Part shown: piece by piece, positions 15,028 through 28,218 of the stretch
How the letters are laid out: each line of letters begins with the position of its first letter
Numbering within the stretch: the stretch's first letter is position 1
Assembly: GCF_009914755.1 (NCBI RefSeq)
Contig: NC_060928.1
Origin: the human T2T-CHM13v2.0 reference genome, Homo sapiens
DNA: 64,000 nt
Reading direction: 5' to 3' (one strand)
The notes under the pieces: generated by a model
The model's database searches: none
Seen by the model: the letters and a program-made list of their open reading frames with translations, nothing else
Told to the model about the DNA's origin: nothing
Program-made: the position numbers and the translations under genes

Positions 15028-16444
15028 TTAATATATAACATCAAAATTAATTGCCTTTTAGAAAAAAAAAGTTTTTAAAGAAATATGAAGCAAAGGAAGA
15101 TGATATAGGGAATACTTTTTTAATTGAATGATAGAAATTTTCTCCAAGAGGGTGCAAAAGGTAAAAATGGAAGTTAATTAAATAAAAAGTAAGTGTATTA
15201 AGGAAAATTAATGAAAAGCAAATGTATTTATTTACAATTATATTTATAATGCCACTTTGTTTTTGTATTTGAGGGAAACTATTATGATAGCCTGTTCAAA
15301 ATCAGAAGGGATTACAACATCTGATCAGGGGCATTCAACAGGAAAAGAGGAACAGAGATCAATTTAAAAAAAAATATGCTTTCCCTCGATTTTTTGAATG
15401 CAAATGTAGACAACAAGATAAAGTTTCTCATGGGGGCCTGTTGTTGAATTTATATTTCCAAACACTCAATTCTAACTTTATCAAACCTGTATTTGAGATT
15501 CTAATTTTTATGTAAGTCAATCACGTATATATGCTAACTTCGCCGACTCATTCCTTGTTCTTAGTCTGATTCTAGTTTAACCCAGGCTCATTATTCAAAC
15601 ATACATGCCAAGCCTTCTTTATTTTATTAAAACTATTTTCTGGTATACAGACTACACAACTTTTAAAAACTTTAATCTTTTTCTTCTGTTAGTAATAAGA
15701 CACACTTTTACCAACTACCACGTTTGTTCTAACTTATTTTTCTAGACATGTTAACAGTCTTAGCTGTTTACGACCATCATTATCAATCCTGGCTTTACTT
15801 GAGCATCAAGTAAAGACACAGCTCTTTTAATCAAGATTCTGATCCAGTGGCCCTGTGGGAGTCTCTGGTCATCTGAATTTCTTTTCAAGTCTTTATTGTG
15901 ATTCCACTGCACAGTTAGATTAGAGAAACACTAGTGGGTGGTTATTAATATTCCATAAGCAGCAATTTACCTGAAAGCAGGCACGTTCATTTGTGATTCC
16001 CTAGAATATAAACATTTAATTACTTTGTTATTTTCTTAAGTGACAACAATGCTACACCTTAGCAGCAAAAATTAACTCTTCAGAGGTTATAAAATGCTGT
16101 TCTACGTTTAATAATTGTCAACCTGGTCCAGGTATCTCACAGTAAGACATGGACAGTACCAATCATCACTGAGGTATTTTTCCTTTACCTGAAGTGGTTA
16201 ATGATTCCTTCCTTGTTTCCTATAACCCCACTGAGTAGTTTGGGCTTTTCCACAAAGTTTGTGAGAAAAAAGAGAAACCCTGGAGGGGTCTGTGATTATT
16301 TGGATATTCTTTCTGGGTTTCACTGGGGGAGTCAGCCTCAGTTCTGCTGTAGGTCACCAATTTTTGCTTCAGGTGAAGATGCAACATCAGATCTAGTGTT
16401 ATTAATAAAAAAGATGATACTTTAATTTTGATTTCCTTATCATA

Positions 16445-16720
16445 AGTGGGTTATGGCCACGAACTGTGGATCCAGACTGTGTCTATTCAAATTTCAACTC
16501 TGACACTAGCTGCATGAACTTGGTAGGTCACAATATTTATCTTTTCTTTACCTCAGCTTCTTTAACTGTCGAATGGGGATAATTTAGCTCCTGTGTCATA
16601 GAAGTATGTGAGGATTATATGATTTAAGTAATTTAAAGTGATTAGAATGATTTTTGACACATAGTATTCAGAAAGATTTTGCCCTTGCTATTGTTGTTGT
16701 TGTTATTATATTATTATTAT
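16445..16720 (+). mobile_element. MIR, near full length
   Basis: CCTCAGCTTCTTTAACTGTCGAATGGGGATAAT core, GTGAGGATTA, GACACATAGTA and a (TTG/TTA)n tail. Confidence 0.85.
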
Positions 16721-17019
16721 TACAGGGAAAAATGTGTGCCTGACTGGCTTTTCATAAACCTCCCCGCCTAAAAGAAATGCCAATTTAGTAGATTTCCATA
16801 ATAGAAATATTGAGTAAAACAGAATGCTCCTCAATGTATTACTATATTCTCTGGCTCTAAGTAAGCAAGCCAATTGAGTCATCATATCAAAATCTGAAGG
16901 TTACTTTTGAAACAATTCAGAATGAGATGAGTTAGCTATATAATTAACAATATAAATGTATCTGTTCCAAAAGTAAGAGTTTATAATTTAAACTCTTTAA
17001 ATTATACTCCCCAGTGTAC

Positions 17020-17560
17020 GCATTTATTCAACAAATGTTTAACATCTACTGTAATATTATGTGATAGGGATATAATTGTATGCACAATTGTTATGGTTTA
17101 GCCTTTAAGAGTCTAGAGGGGGAAATAAGCAATTAGATTGTTAGTAAGCCTATCAGATATTCTAATGTGTAGCAATTTAGGTTTCTGTGAGAGCACAGTG
17201 TAGAGACATCCACCTAGATATGTGGAGCACAGAGGAAATGCAGTGTCCAGGATTGCTTTCCACAGGGAAAAGAAGGAAAAAAAATAAAACAAAAGGATCT
17301 GATCTCATGAAGTGTATTCATGAGATGTGTAAAACGTACGTGCCTAAGATCAATGACTGTGTCATCACAGAAGAGCTGAAAGAAGTCTAATATGGCTGGA
17401 GCAAATAACTGGGGAAGGAGTGGGGTTGGGAGAGTTATTAGGTTAATGCAAACGTGATTGTGGTTTTTGGCATTGAAAGCAATTACCTTTGCACCAACCT
17501 TGTAGCAAGTGAGTAGCTGGGCAGAAGATAGCAAAGAGAAGCCCCTTGAATGATTTTAAA
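17020..17560 (-). mobile_element. L2 3' region relic
   Basis: CATTTATTCAACAAAT terminus and antisense L2 body; continues at ~18000-18060 and 20735-20960. Confidence 0.6.
17438..17501. mobile_element. MADE1 (mariner MITE), internally deleted
   Basis: TTAGGTTAATGCAAACGTGATTGTGGTTTTTGGCATT ... GCAATTACCTTTGCACCAACCT. Confidence 0.85.
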
Positions 17561-17593
17561 ACTTTGGACATATTCTTAAAAGTAACATTCTGA

Positions 17594-17772
17594 GGCTGGG
17601 CATGGTGGCTTATGCCTGTAATCCCAGCACTTTGGGATGCTGAGGTGGGAGGATACTTTGAGCCCAGAAGTTCAAGGCTGCAGTGAGTCATGATTGTACC
17701 ATTTCATTCCAGCCTGAGTGACAGAGTGAGACCCTGTTAACAAGCAAACAAAAAGCAACAAACAAACAAACA
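17594..17772 (+). mobile_element. Monomeric Alu (FRAM/AluJ-derived), left-arm 5' end joined to right-arm 3' end
   Basis: GGCTGGGCATGGTGGCT..CAGCACTTTGGG then GGCTGCAGTGAG..CCAGCCTG..GACAGAGTGAGACCCTG; perfect 15-bp TSD AAAAGTAACATTCTG at 17578-17592 and 17773-17787. Confidence 0.92.
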
Positions 17773-18077
17773 AAAAGTAACATTCTGCTTTGAAAATTTC
17801 TAAGAGTTATCTCTGACTGCTAGGCTTTTGTCTTCTTTTCTAGCCTCTTGTTTATCATTTGAGTCCAATATAGTCATTGTTTACTCATAAAAACAACAAA
17901 AAAAAATAGTTTTCTGTTGCTTGCAATCAAGAAACCTGGCTAATAAAGTTACCCAGCAAAAGTGTATCAAGTGAGAAAGAAAAAGTCCCCAGTTAAATCT
18001 CTGGAAGGAGCAACAGGTAATAGTAAAACATGAAGATATGAAGATACTACACAAGAGACTAAAGTGAACAGTCCAGA

Positions 18078-19645
<1,568 letters not shown>

Positions 19646-19654
19646 AAAGAAAAA

Positions 19655-20481
19655 AATATGAATAGATAATTCTCAAAAGAAGATATACAAATGGCCAACA
19701 AGCATATGAAAAAATGATGAGCATCACTAATGAGAAGGGAAATGCAAATCAGAACCACAATGTGATACCACCTCACTCCTCCAAGAGTGGCCATGGTCAA
19801 AAAATCAAAAAATAATAGATGTTGGTATGGATGTGATGAAAAGAGAACTCTTTTACACTGCTGGTGGAAATGTAATCTAGTACAACCACTAGGAAAAAAA
19901 GGTGTGGAGATTCCTTAAAAACTAAAAGTAGAACTACCATTTGATCCAGCAATGCCACTACTGGGTATCTGCCCAGTGAAAAAGAAGTTATTATACAAAA
20001 AAGATACTTGCACAACCATGTTCATAGCAGCACAACTAGCAATTGCAAAAATAAGGAAACTGCCCAAATGCCAATCAATCAGTGATTGGAAAATAAATGT
20101 GATATAAAAAACATATATATAATAAAATACTACTCAGTCATACAAAGGAACAAAATAATGACTTTCACAGCAACTTGGATGGAATTGGAGACCGTTATTC
20201 TAAGTGAAATAACTCAGGAATGAAAAACTAAACATCATATGTTCTCACTCATAAGTGGCAGTTAAGCTATGTGGTTCCAAAGGCATAATAATGACACAAT
20301 AAACTTTGGGAACTCTGGAGAAATGGTGGGATGGGGGTGAGGGATAAAAGATGACACATTAGGTACAATGTGCCTGCTCGAGTGATGGGTGCACCAAAAT
20401 TCCAGAAATAACCACTCAAGAACTTATTCATATAACCAAACATCACCTGTTCCCCAAACACCTATTAAAATAAAAAAAAAA
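19655..20481 (+). mobile_element. L1PB1-like 3' end with polyA
   Basis: ORF2 C-terminal region and 3'UTR GGGTGCACCAAAAT..CAGAAATAACCACTCAAGAACTTATTCAT..CACCTGTTCCCCAAA; outer 18-bp TSD TAAAGTGAACAGTCCAGA at 18060-18077 and 20717-20734. Confidence 0.93.
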
Positions 20482-20647
20482 TTCTCAAAATAATTCTCAA
20501 AAGAAGATATACAAGTGTTGCATATTTTCAAAAAATGTTGAGCATTTTTGTATGTTTGTTGGCTATTTGTGTATCTTCTTTTGAGAATAGAAACTCAATA
20601 TCTACCATGCCTAATTATTACAAGCTGATAAAATGTATGTGGCATAC

Positions 20648-20688
20648 TATATATATATATACACACACACACATATATATATATATAA
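20648..20688. repeat. (TA)n(CA)n(TA)n microsatellite
   Basis: Directly visible. Confidence 0.9.
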
Positions 20689-21089
20689 TATGACTCCATC
20701 ACAGATAAAAAATAAATAAAGTGAACAGTCCAGAGATTGGAAGAGAACACTGGGGAGCTGTTAACTCAAGTATCAAGAAAGAAGAAGGTTTTTAAAAGGC
20801 CAATGTGTTCAGCTGTGTGAATGCATCCTAGAAATTAAATAAGGATAGGTATATAGGGGCCAGGAGAATATTAATGATTTGCATTGTATTTAAAGATAAT
20901 GAGCACAGAAGTAATCTGAGTAGGCTGAAAAGTACTTGGAGGAAAAGAATTAGAAATAATGCCATGGGAACCTCATCTAATTGTTAAATAACATCTATAT
21001 GTCATATTCTAATTTTTCTAACAATTTCCAATACCACTCCAAAATTTTACACATTTAATTTCAACTTCCTGTTTTATTTATTTATACCT

Positions 21090-22015
21090 TAAAATTAACT
21101 ATTCAATAATGAACTCAACACCTTCCATGACAAATCTATGTTACACTAATGTTTTCCCCATTTTGGTTGATTAAAACGCTATCTAACTTCCCGGTCAGAG
21201 GAAAGCATTAGAGGCATTCCTGATTCTTCTTTTCTTTCATTTATAACACCCAATCAATGCACAAATACTGTTTGTTCTGTCTTCAAGATAATTCCAGAAT
21301 CCGACCACTTCTCTTCACCTGATTGTTTTGACCATTAGCTCTGGCAACTATATGTATGGACATGATTGCCCAAAGCCTTCCTTTTTTGACTCTCTTATTC
21401 TATCATTGCTTCATCATCATAAAAGGTGATCAATCATGTAACTTCTCTGCTCAGGAACTCCTATTTCATTCAAAGTGAAAGCCAAATACCCTGCAAGTAT
21501 TCAAAGTAAAAGCCAAATACATACCCATCAGGTAATGAAGGCGCACAAGGCCCTGCATTACCTGGTTCAGATTTTACCCTGCTCATTTTTTCCTAGCCTC
21601 ATGATTCATTCCAGCCTATACATTCTGCTTACCTTGTTGTGCTCCAAGTCTCTAACCATATTCTTGCTTTCTGCTTTTTTCAGGTGGTTCTCTATGCCTA
21701 GAATATTCTTCCTAAAGATAACAACACAACTAAATTCCTCATTTCCTAGAAATCCTTACTCAAATATGGTATATTTATAAGCCTATTGTGATTCCTTATT
21801 GCAAATTGCAACCTGCTTTCATCACATATCCAATTTCTTACCTTCTGTTGTACTTTGAACAATCTAATATAATATGTAATTGTTTATTTTTAATGTTTAG
21901 TTTCATCCACTAGAATATATTTGTATGTTTTTATCTATGTTATTAAGTGATAAGTGTCAAGGACTTACAACAGTTAGTAGAAGCAAAGTAAAAGCTCAGT
22001 ATCTATTGATTTTAA
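21090..22015 (+). mobile_element. L2a 3' portion
   Basis: CCAGAATCCGACCACTTCTC, TGATCAATCATGTAACTTCTCTGCTC, AAGGCCCTGCAT, TCTATGCCTAGAAT and terminal GCTCAGTATCTATTG. Confidence 0.8.
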
Positions 22016-25000
22016 TGTAAATTTTTTCCCAAGAAGGATCCATAAAGAAAAGAGAAAGTTCAGTAGTATATGCAGAGAACATGGGTTTGACAGTTTGAAA
22101 TTTTGTTTTGTTTTCACTTAATTGGGGCATAAATGCATGTATAATTGCTGAGGAGTCAGTAAAAATGAATATATTCAAATAATAGAGGAGAGAAAGCAAA
22201 GATAGTCAATATATTTTTCTATTTGTTTCTTTACCTATACTCTAATCTTATCATATTTATGTTCCATGTGATTTTACAGAAATACAGTAAAAATAATGAT
22301 AGATTTTCTACTTAATGCATCATAACTTATTGAAATTAATTTCAGAATGTTACTTCTAGTTTTAGGTATCTCCAAATTTTTAAATCATACCTTTACCAAA
22401 TATAAATTTACTCTTATAACTATAAAATCATATCTGCCTTTTATAGATTTCAATATTTAATCCTCAGAAAGTAACCTCATTTCTCTTACTTTCAATTTCT
22501 TAGAAATAAATTACAGTCACATTCATGTATCAAACCATTCAAAATAAATGATAATTACATTGCCACATTCTACATTTAAAAATAAAATTCTATGATTTAT
22601 AACCATCAAAAGAGATGTCAGCATTGGTAGCAACTATTTTTGTTAAACATATACCTAATCCTATTTATGTGAATTAAGTAAATAGAAAATATTTTCTATC
22701 AACTATCAGAATAAAATACTAAAATAAGGTCTTATTTATAATTTGAGAGGAGATGGTACACAATATATACTTATATTGTATTAAAGACACAGATTATGTT
22801 CTAAACATAGAATAGTAGTTGCCTAATGTATATCTTCCCTAGGAAAAATAAATATAATCAGCACAACATATGCCAAAAGGTAATTTCAACATCTGTCTCA
22901 CAGAGAAATGAATCAGGACAAATGAACTATACAGTATAGGATCATGTGTACATTTTTAAGTGGCATTTAGAATGTCTAATAAATATATAATTTTTTTCTG
23001 TATACAATATTATTATTTAATTTTTATTTCTTTAAACCATGTTTAAAACTACATTTGCCTTTATAAGAAATGATATATGTTCAATATTATTTTTTATATA
23101 ATAATGTCAGTTTGATTTTTAAAGCCTCATCTTTTATCTGCACATAATGTGTTCTGTTGTAAAGATAGTCTTATTTATTTTCAATCTAACTGAAATGTAG
23201 GTCACTGGCCTCTTCTAATAGCACACGTTTTTCTGATGAATGATAAACTTTTTATTTTTCTTCTTGTTATAAGATTCTTTCTCCTTTTCTTTCTTCTTTC
23301 TGTAACTGAATGGTGAGCCAAAGGACATATTCATCTTGAATGCTAAGATTTTCTGCACCCTCAGGAAGTGTAAAGTATGAATGTGATGCAAACTCTGCAG
23401 CAAGTTCACCCACCGGCAAATACACATTAACTTCTTACTGTTATTTTCAATAAGTGAAATTCACAGTTATGGGTACAAAACAAATACAATTTATGCAAGC
23501 TTGACCAATCTTATTAAAATTGAAGTCTTATACTTTTTGGTATACTTAATTTTGGAAAAGACCTTTTTAAAATACTAAAACAGCTTTCCACAAACTGTAT
23601 GTATTTTTTTTTTCCCGTGGCAAGGAACTACAGAATTTTAGTCAATTGATCTGAAAGTTCTTATTGGAGATATATTTTTGCCATGGTCAAACTTGAAGTG
23701 TTGAAAAATTTTATGGCTTAATTAAACTAACCTGCTTGAGATTGTGTTGAAAACTGCCAGACACAGTGGTGGTATAGCTTTTAGATGCAATACTACAGCA
23801 AGAAACGATTAATTTATAACAGCATTATTAAACTTTTAATGCTTCCAGCCTGCATGAAATGCTTAATTCAATTAGATTTTTATATGTTATGTTTTCTTTT
23901 TCTACAATAAGCTTCTCTATGATGCTCCTTGATCTATTTACTTTATTCTTGAAGGTCAAAAGGAATTTATGTATTCATCAATTTAACCTATAGATATTTA
24001 GTGAGTTTTTAATGTAATTTTTATCCATTTCTTGTTCCTAGGGATCAAATAAGATGTTGTGTCTGTCCTGAAAATCTACTTGGGGAAACATTCATATAAA
24101 AAATTAGTTGTAATCAAGATGATAGATCCAATAATAGGACTATAGAAAATTGTAGAAATTTAGCTGCTGAGACTGCTGCCTCTTGATCAGTGTTTTAAGA
24201 AGCTGCTGGGAAGATGCAAAACCCAAAATTAGTCTTAGGAGACGTTTAGGGACTGGACAAACCAGCATAATAGTTTTTAGTAATATAGAGGTATCCTAAG
24301 GTATCCTATATATGCCGTCAGGGACTCCTTGTCTGCCTTTTCTTCCTCTTTTGTCTCCCTGGTGAGGCACCAAACTACCCAATATCCCAGAAAGGGATGT
24401 CAAAAAGCGAGTAGGAGGAAAATATCAGCATTTTTCATTGTTTATTCTGCACTTTTAGTTTTCAGGAGAGTTTTCATTTATTCAGTAGAGCAAATAATGT
24501 ATTTTTATATTAACTAATCTGAGTATTTGCCATGCAAGCCTCCACCCCTAACCCCATCTCCAATGCTTAGACCATGTTTGAGTGAAAGGGAAGGGGCAGA
24601 AATATCCTGTTAATGGGAAAGACCCAACTGAAGAGCATCTTGGCTTTAGTCCTGTCACTATACCTGATGCTTAGACTTCCCACCTGAAAGGAGAAGATGA
24701 AATGGAATACTTCTCACTAATAATTCACTTTAGAATATTATAAACAAAATTAAGTTAATATAGAAGGTGTGCGTGAAAGTAATAAGTAGCAGTAAAGAAG
24801 AGTAAATCTATATATGCAAAAATAAAAAATCTATACATTTTCCACTTTTAAGAGTTTATTTTCTACTTTACTGCTTTCTTTTCTTTTTTAAGACTTGTTC
24901 ATGCTATTTAACAGGTCCTACAAAAAATATATACACTTCACAGTCACTCTTAATAAAATGATTACTCATTTTCCTAAAACTTTTTTCAACTACCTTAATT

Positions 25001-25247
25001 GTCAATTTGTTGCTCTTAACATTTTCCTGCCTCAGAAAATTTAATAAACTGGATTAATGTAAAACACATGTTGAAATATCAAGTGTAGGTAGGGGTTGAC
25101 TTATTCCCATTCTAAGGATAATGTTAAGGAGTAAATTTTTTAAAGAATAGTATTACTTTTGATATTTATTCAGAGATTCAACTTTTTTGTTAGTCTTACT
25201 TTGCTTGTTAAATTTGAGTTTATTTGTTTATTTTAAAGCTGGTGATG

Positions 25248-28218
25248 CCTAGAGAAAAAAGAAAAACAAAAACAAACTAACCCCAGAGCTAACAGAAGAA
25301 GAGAAACAACTGAAATCAGAGCAGAACTGAATGAAATTAAGGCCCAAAAATCCATACAAAGAATCAACAACCAAAAAGTACAAAACTAAGTTTTCTGAAA
25401 GGATAAACAAACTTGATAGACTTCTAGCCAGATTAACAAAGAAAGAAAAAGAGAGAAAATCCAAATACACGCATTCAGAAATGGCAAAGATGACAGTACA
25501 ACTGATTGTACAGAAATACAAAAGATCCTATGAGACTATTATGACTATGCACACAAACTAAAAATTCTAGAGGAAATTGATAAATTCCTGGAAACAGATA
25601 ATTTCCCAAGATTGAATAAAGAAGAAATTTAAACCCAGAACAAAGCAATATCAAGTTCCAAAATTAAATTAGTAATAAAAAATTTAACTTACAAACCAAA
25701 AAATCCATCAGATGAGACAGATTCACAGCCGAAGTCTACTAGATGTATAAAGAAGTACTGGTACCAATCCTACTGAAACTATTCTAAAAAGTCAAGGAAA
25801 AGGGACTCCTCCTTAACTCAAAATACAAAGCCAGCATCACCCTTATACCAAAACCTGGCAAAAACACAACAAAAAGAAAACTGCAGGCCAATATCTCCAA
25901 TGAACATAGATGCAAATATCCACAACAAAATACTAACAAACTGAATCAAGAAACACATCAAAAAGTTAATTTATCATGATTAATTCAGCTTAATTCCTGG
26001 GATGCAAGGTTGATTCACCATATGCAAATTCAATAACTGATTTACCACATAAACAGGATTAAAAAGAAAAAAAAATGATTATTTCAATAGAGGCAGGAAA
26101 AGCTTTCTGTAAAATCCAACATCCTTTCATTATAAAAATCATCAAGAAACTAGGCATTGAAGAAGCATTAAGAGCCATTTATGACAAACCCACATCCAAC
26201 ATGACACTGAATGGGCAAAAACTGGAAACATTCCCCTTGAGAACTGGAATAAAACAGGAATGCCCACTCTTATCACGCCTACTCAGCATAATATAAGAAG
26301 TCCCGTACAATTGCCAGAGCAGTCGGGCAAGAGAAAGAAATAAAGGACATTCAAATAGGAAAATAAGTCAAACTCTTTGCTGGTGTATGATTCTATACCT
26401 AGAAAATGCTGAAGATGCCACCAAAAGGCCCTTGGAAATGATAAAAGACTTCAGTAAAGTATCAGGAACAAATCAATGTAGAAAAATCAGTAGCACTTCT
26501 GTATACCAGTAACGTTTAAGCTGAGAGCTAAATTAAGAACATAATTCCACTTAAAATAGCCACAAAAAATGAAAATACTTAGGAATATATTTAATCAGAA
26601 AGATGAAAGATCTCTACAGGGAGCACTGCAAAACACTGCTGAAAGAAATAACAGATGACACAAACAAATGTAAAAACAAGGCCACACTGCTCAAAGTATT
26701 CTACAGATTCAATGCTATTCCTATCAAATTATCAAGGAAATTTTTCATAGACCTAGATTAAACTATTCTAAAATTAATCTGAAACCAAAAAGTCTGAATA
26801 GTCAACGTAGTCATAAGAACAAAAAAGCTGGAGGCAATTTATTACTCAACTTCAAAGTATACAAGTCTTCAGTAAACAAAATAGCATAGTACTGATACAA
26901 ATACAGACACACAGACCAATAAAACAGAATTGAGACCCAGAAATAAAGCTGTACACCTACAGCAATGTGATGTTCAACAAAGTTGACAAAAATAAGCAAT
27001 GGGAAAAGACTTCGTATTCAATAAATGGTGTTAAGACAGCTGGCTAGCCATATACAGAAGAATGAAACTGGACTCTTTCCTTTCACTGTATATAAAAAAT
27101 AACTCAAGATGAATTAAATACTTAAATGTAAGACCTCAAAATATGAGAATCCTAGAAGAAAACCTGTGAAACAGCATTCTGGACATCAGCTGTGGGAAAG
27201 AATTTATGACAAACTCCTCAGAAGAAATTGCAACAAAAACCAACAATTCACAAGTGGGACCTAATTAAACTAAGGAGCTGTTGCATAGCAACAGAGTAAA
27301 CAGGAAATCTACAGAATGGGAGAAAATATTCACAAACTGAATGCATGCATCCGACAGAGGTCTAATATCTCAAACCTATAAGGAACTTAAACAAATCAGT
27401 AAGCCATAATACAAATAACTCCATTAAAAAGTAGGCAAAAGACATGAAGAGATTCTTCTCATAAGAAGACATACAAGCAGCTAAGAAACAAAAAAATGTC
27501 CCACATCACTGATCAGCAGAGAAATGCAAGTCAAAATCACAGTAAGATACCATCTAACACCAATAAAAATGGCTGTTACTAAAATGTCAAAAAAAAAAAA
27601 CAAAAAAAAACAGATGCTGGTGAGCCACTGAGGAAGAAGTATGGAGATTCCTCAAAAAAACTTAGAGCTACCATTTGGTCCAGCAATCCTATTACTGGAT
27701 GTGTTTTCAAAAGGAAATAAATAGTTCAACCAGACACCTGAACTTTTATGTTCATTACAGCACTATACACAATAGCAAAGTCATGGACTCAACCTAGGTG
27801 CCCATCAATGGGGGAAATGAATAAAGAAATGCGGTACATATACACCATAGGATACTATAGAACAATAAAAACGAATGAAATCATGCTTTTTGCAGCAATG
27901 TGGATGCAACTGGAGGCCATTATCCTAAGTGAATTAACGCAGGAACAGAAAACCAAATACCATATAATCTGACATAAACTGGAGCTGAACAATGCATGCT
28001 CACAAACATAAAGATGGCAACAATAGAAACCTGGGGACTACTAGAGGGGAGGTGGGGACAAGGATTTAAAAAATTAACAATTGGATACTATATTCAGTAC
28101 CTGGGTGACAAGATTAACTGTATCCCAAAGCTTTGCATCACTCAATATGCCCAGGTAACAAACCTGCATATGTACCCCTTTTAGTCTGAAATAAGAATTG
28201 AAATTATTAGAAAATAAA
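25248..28218 (+). mobile_element. L1PA16-like, 5'-truncated (~3 kb), ORF2 disrupted
   Basis: Continuous ORF2 homology and 3'UTR (AAGATGGCAACAATAGA..CCCAGGTAACAAACCTGCA); 14-bp TSD TAAAGCTGGTGATG at 25234-25247 and 28219-28232. Confidence 0.95.

Noticed and set aside
21468-21520. Small local duplications (here ATTCAAAGT.AAAGCCAAATAC twice; also 4518-4560, 24289-24308, 30405-30426, 30688-30750)
   Set aside because: Ordinary slippage-type tandem duplications with no sign of function.
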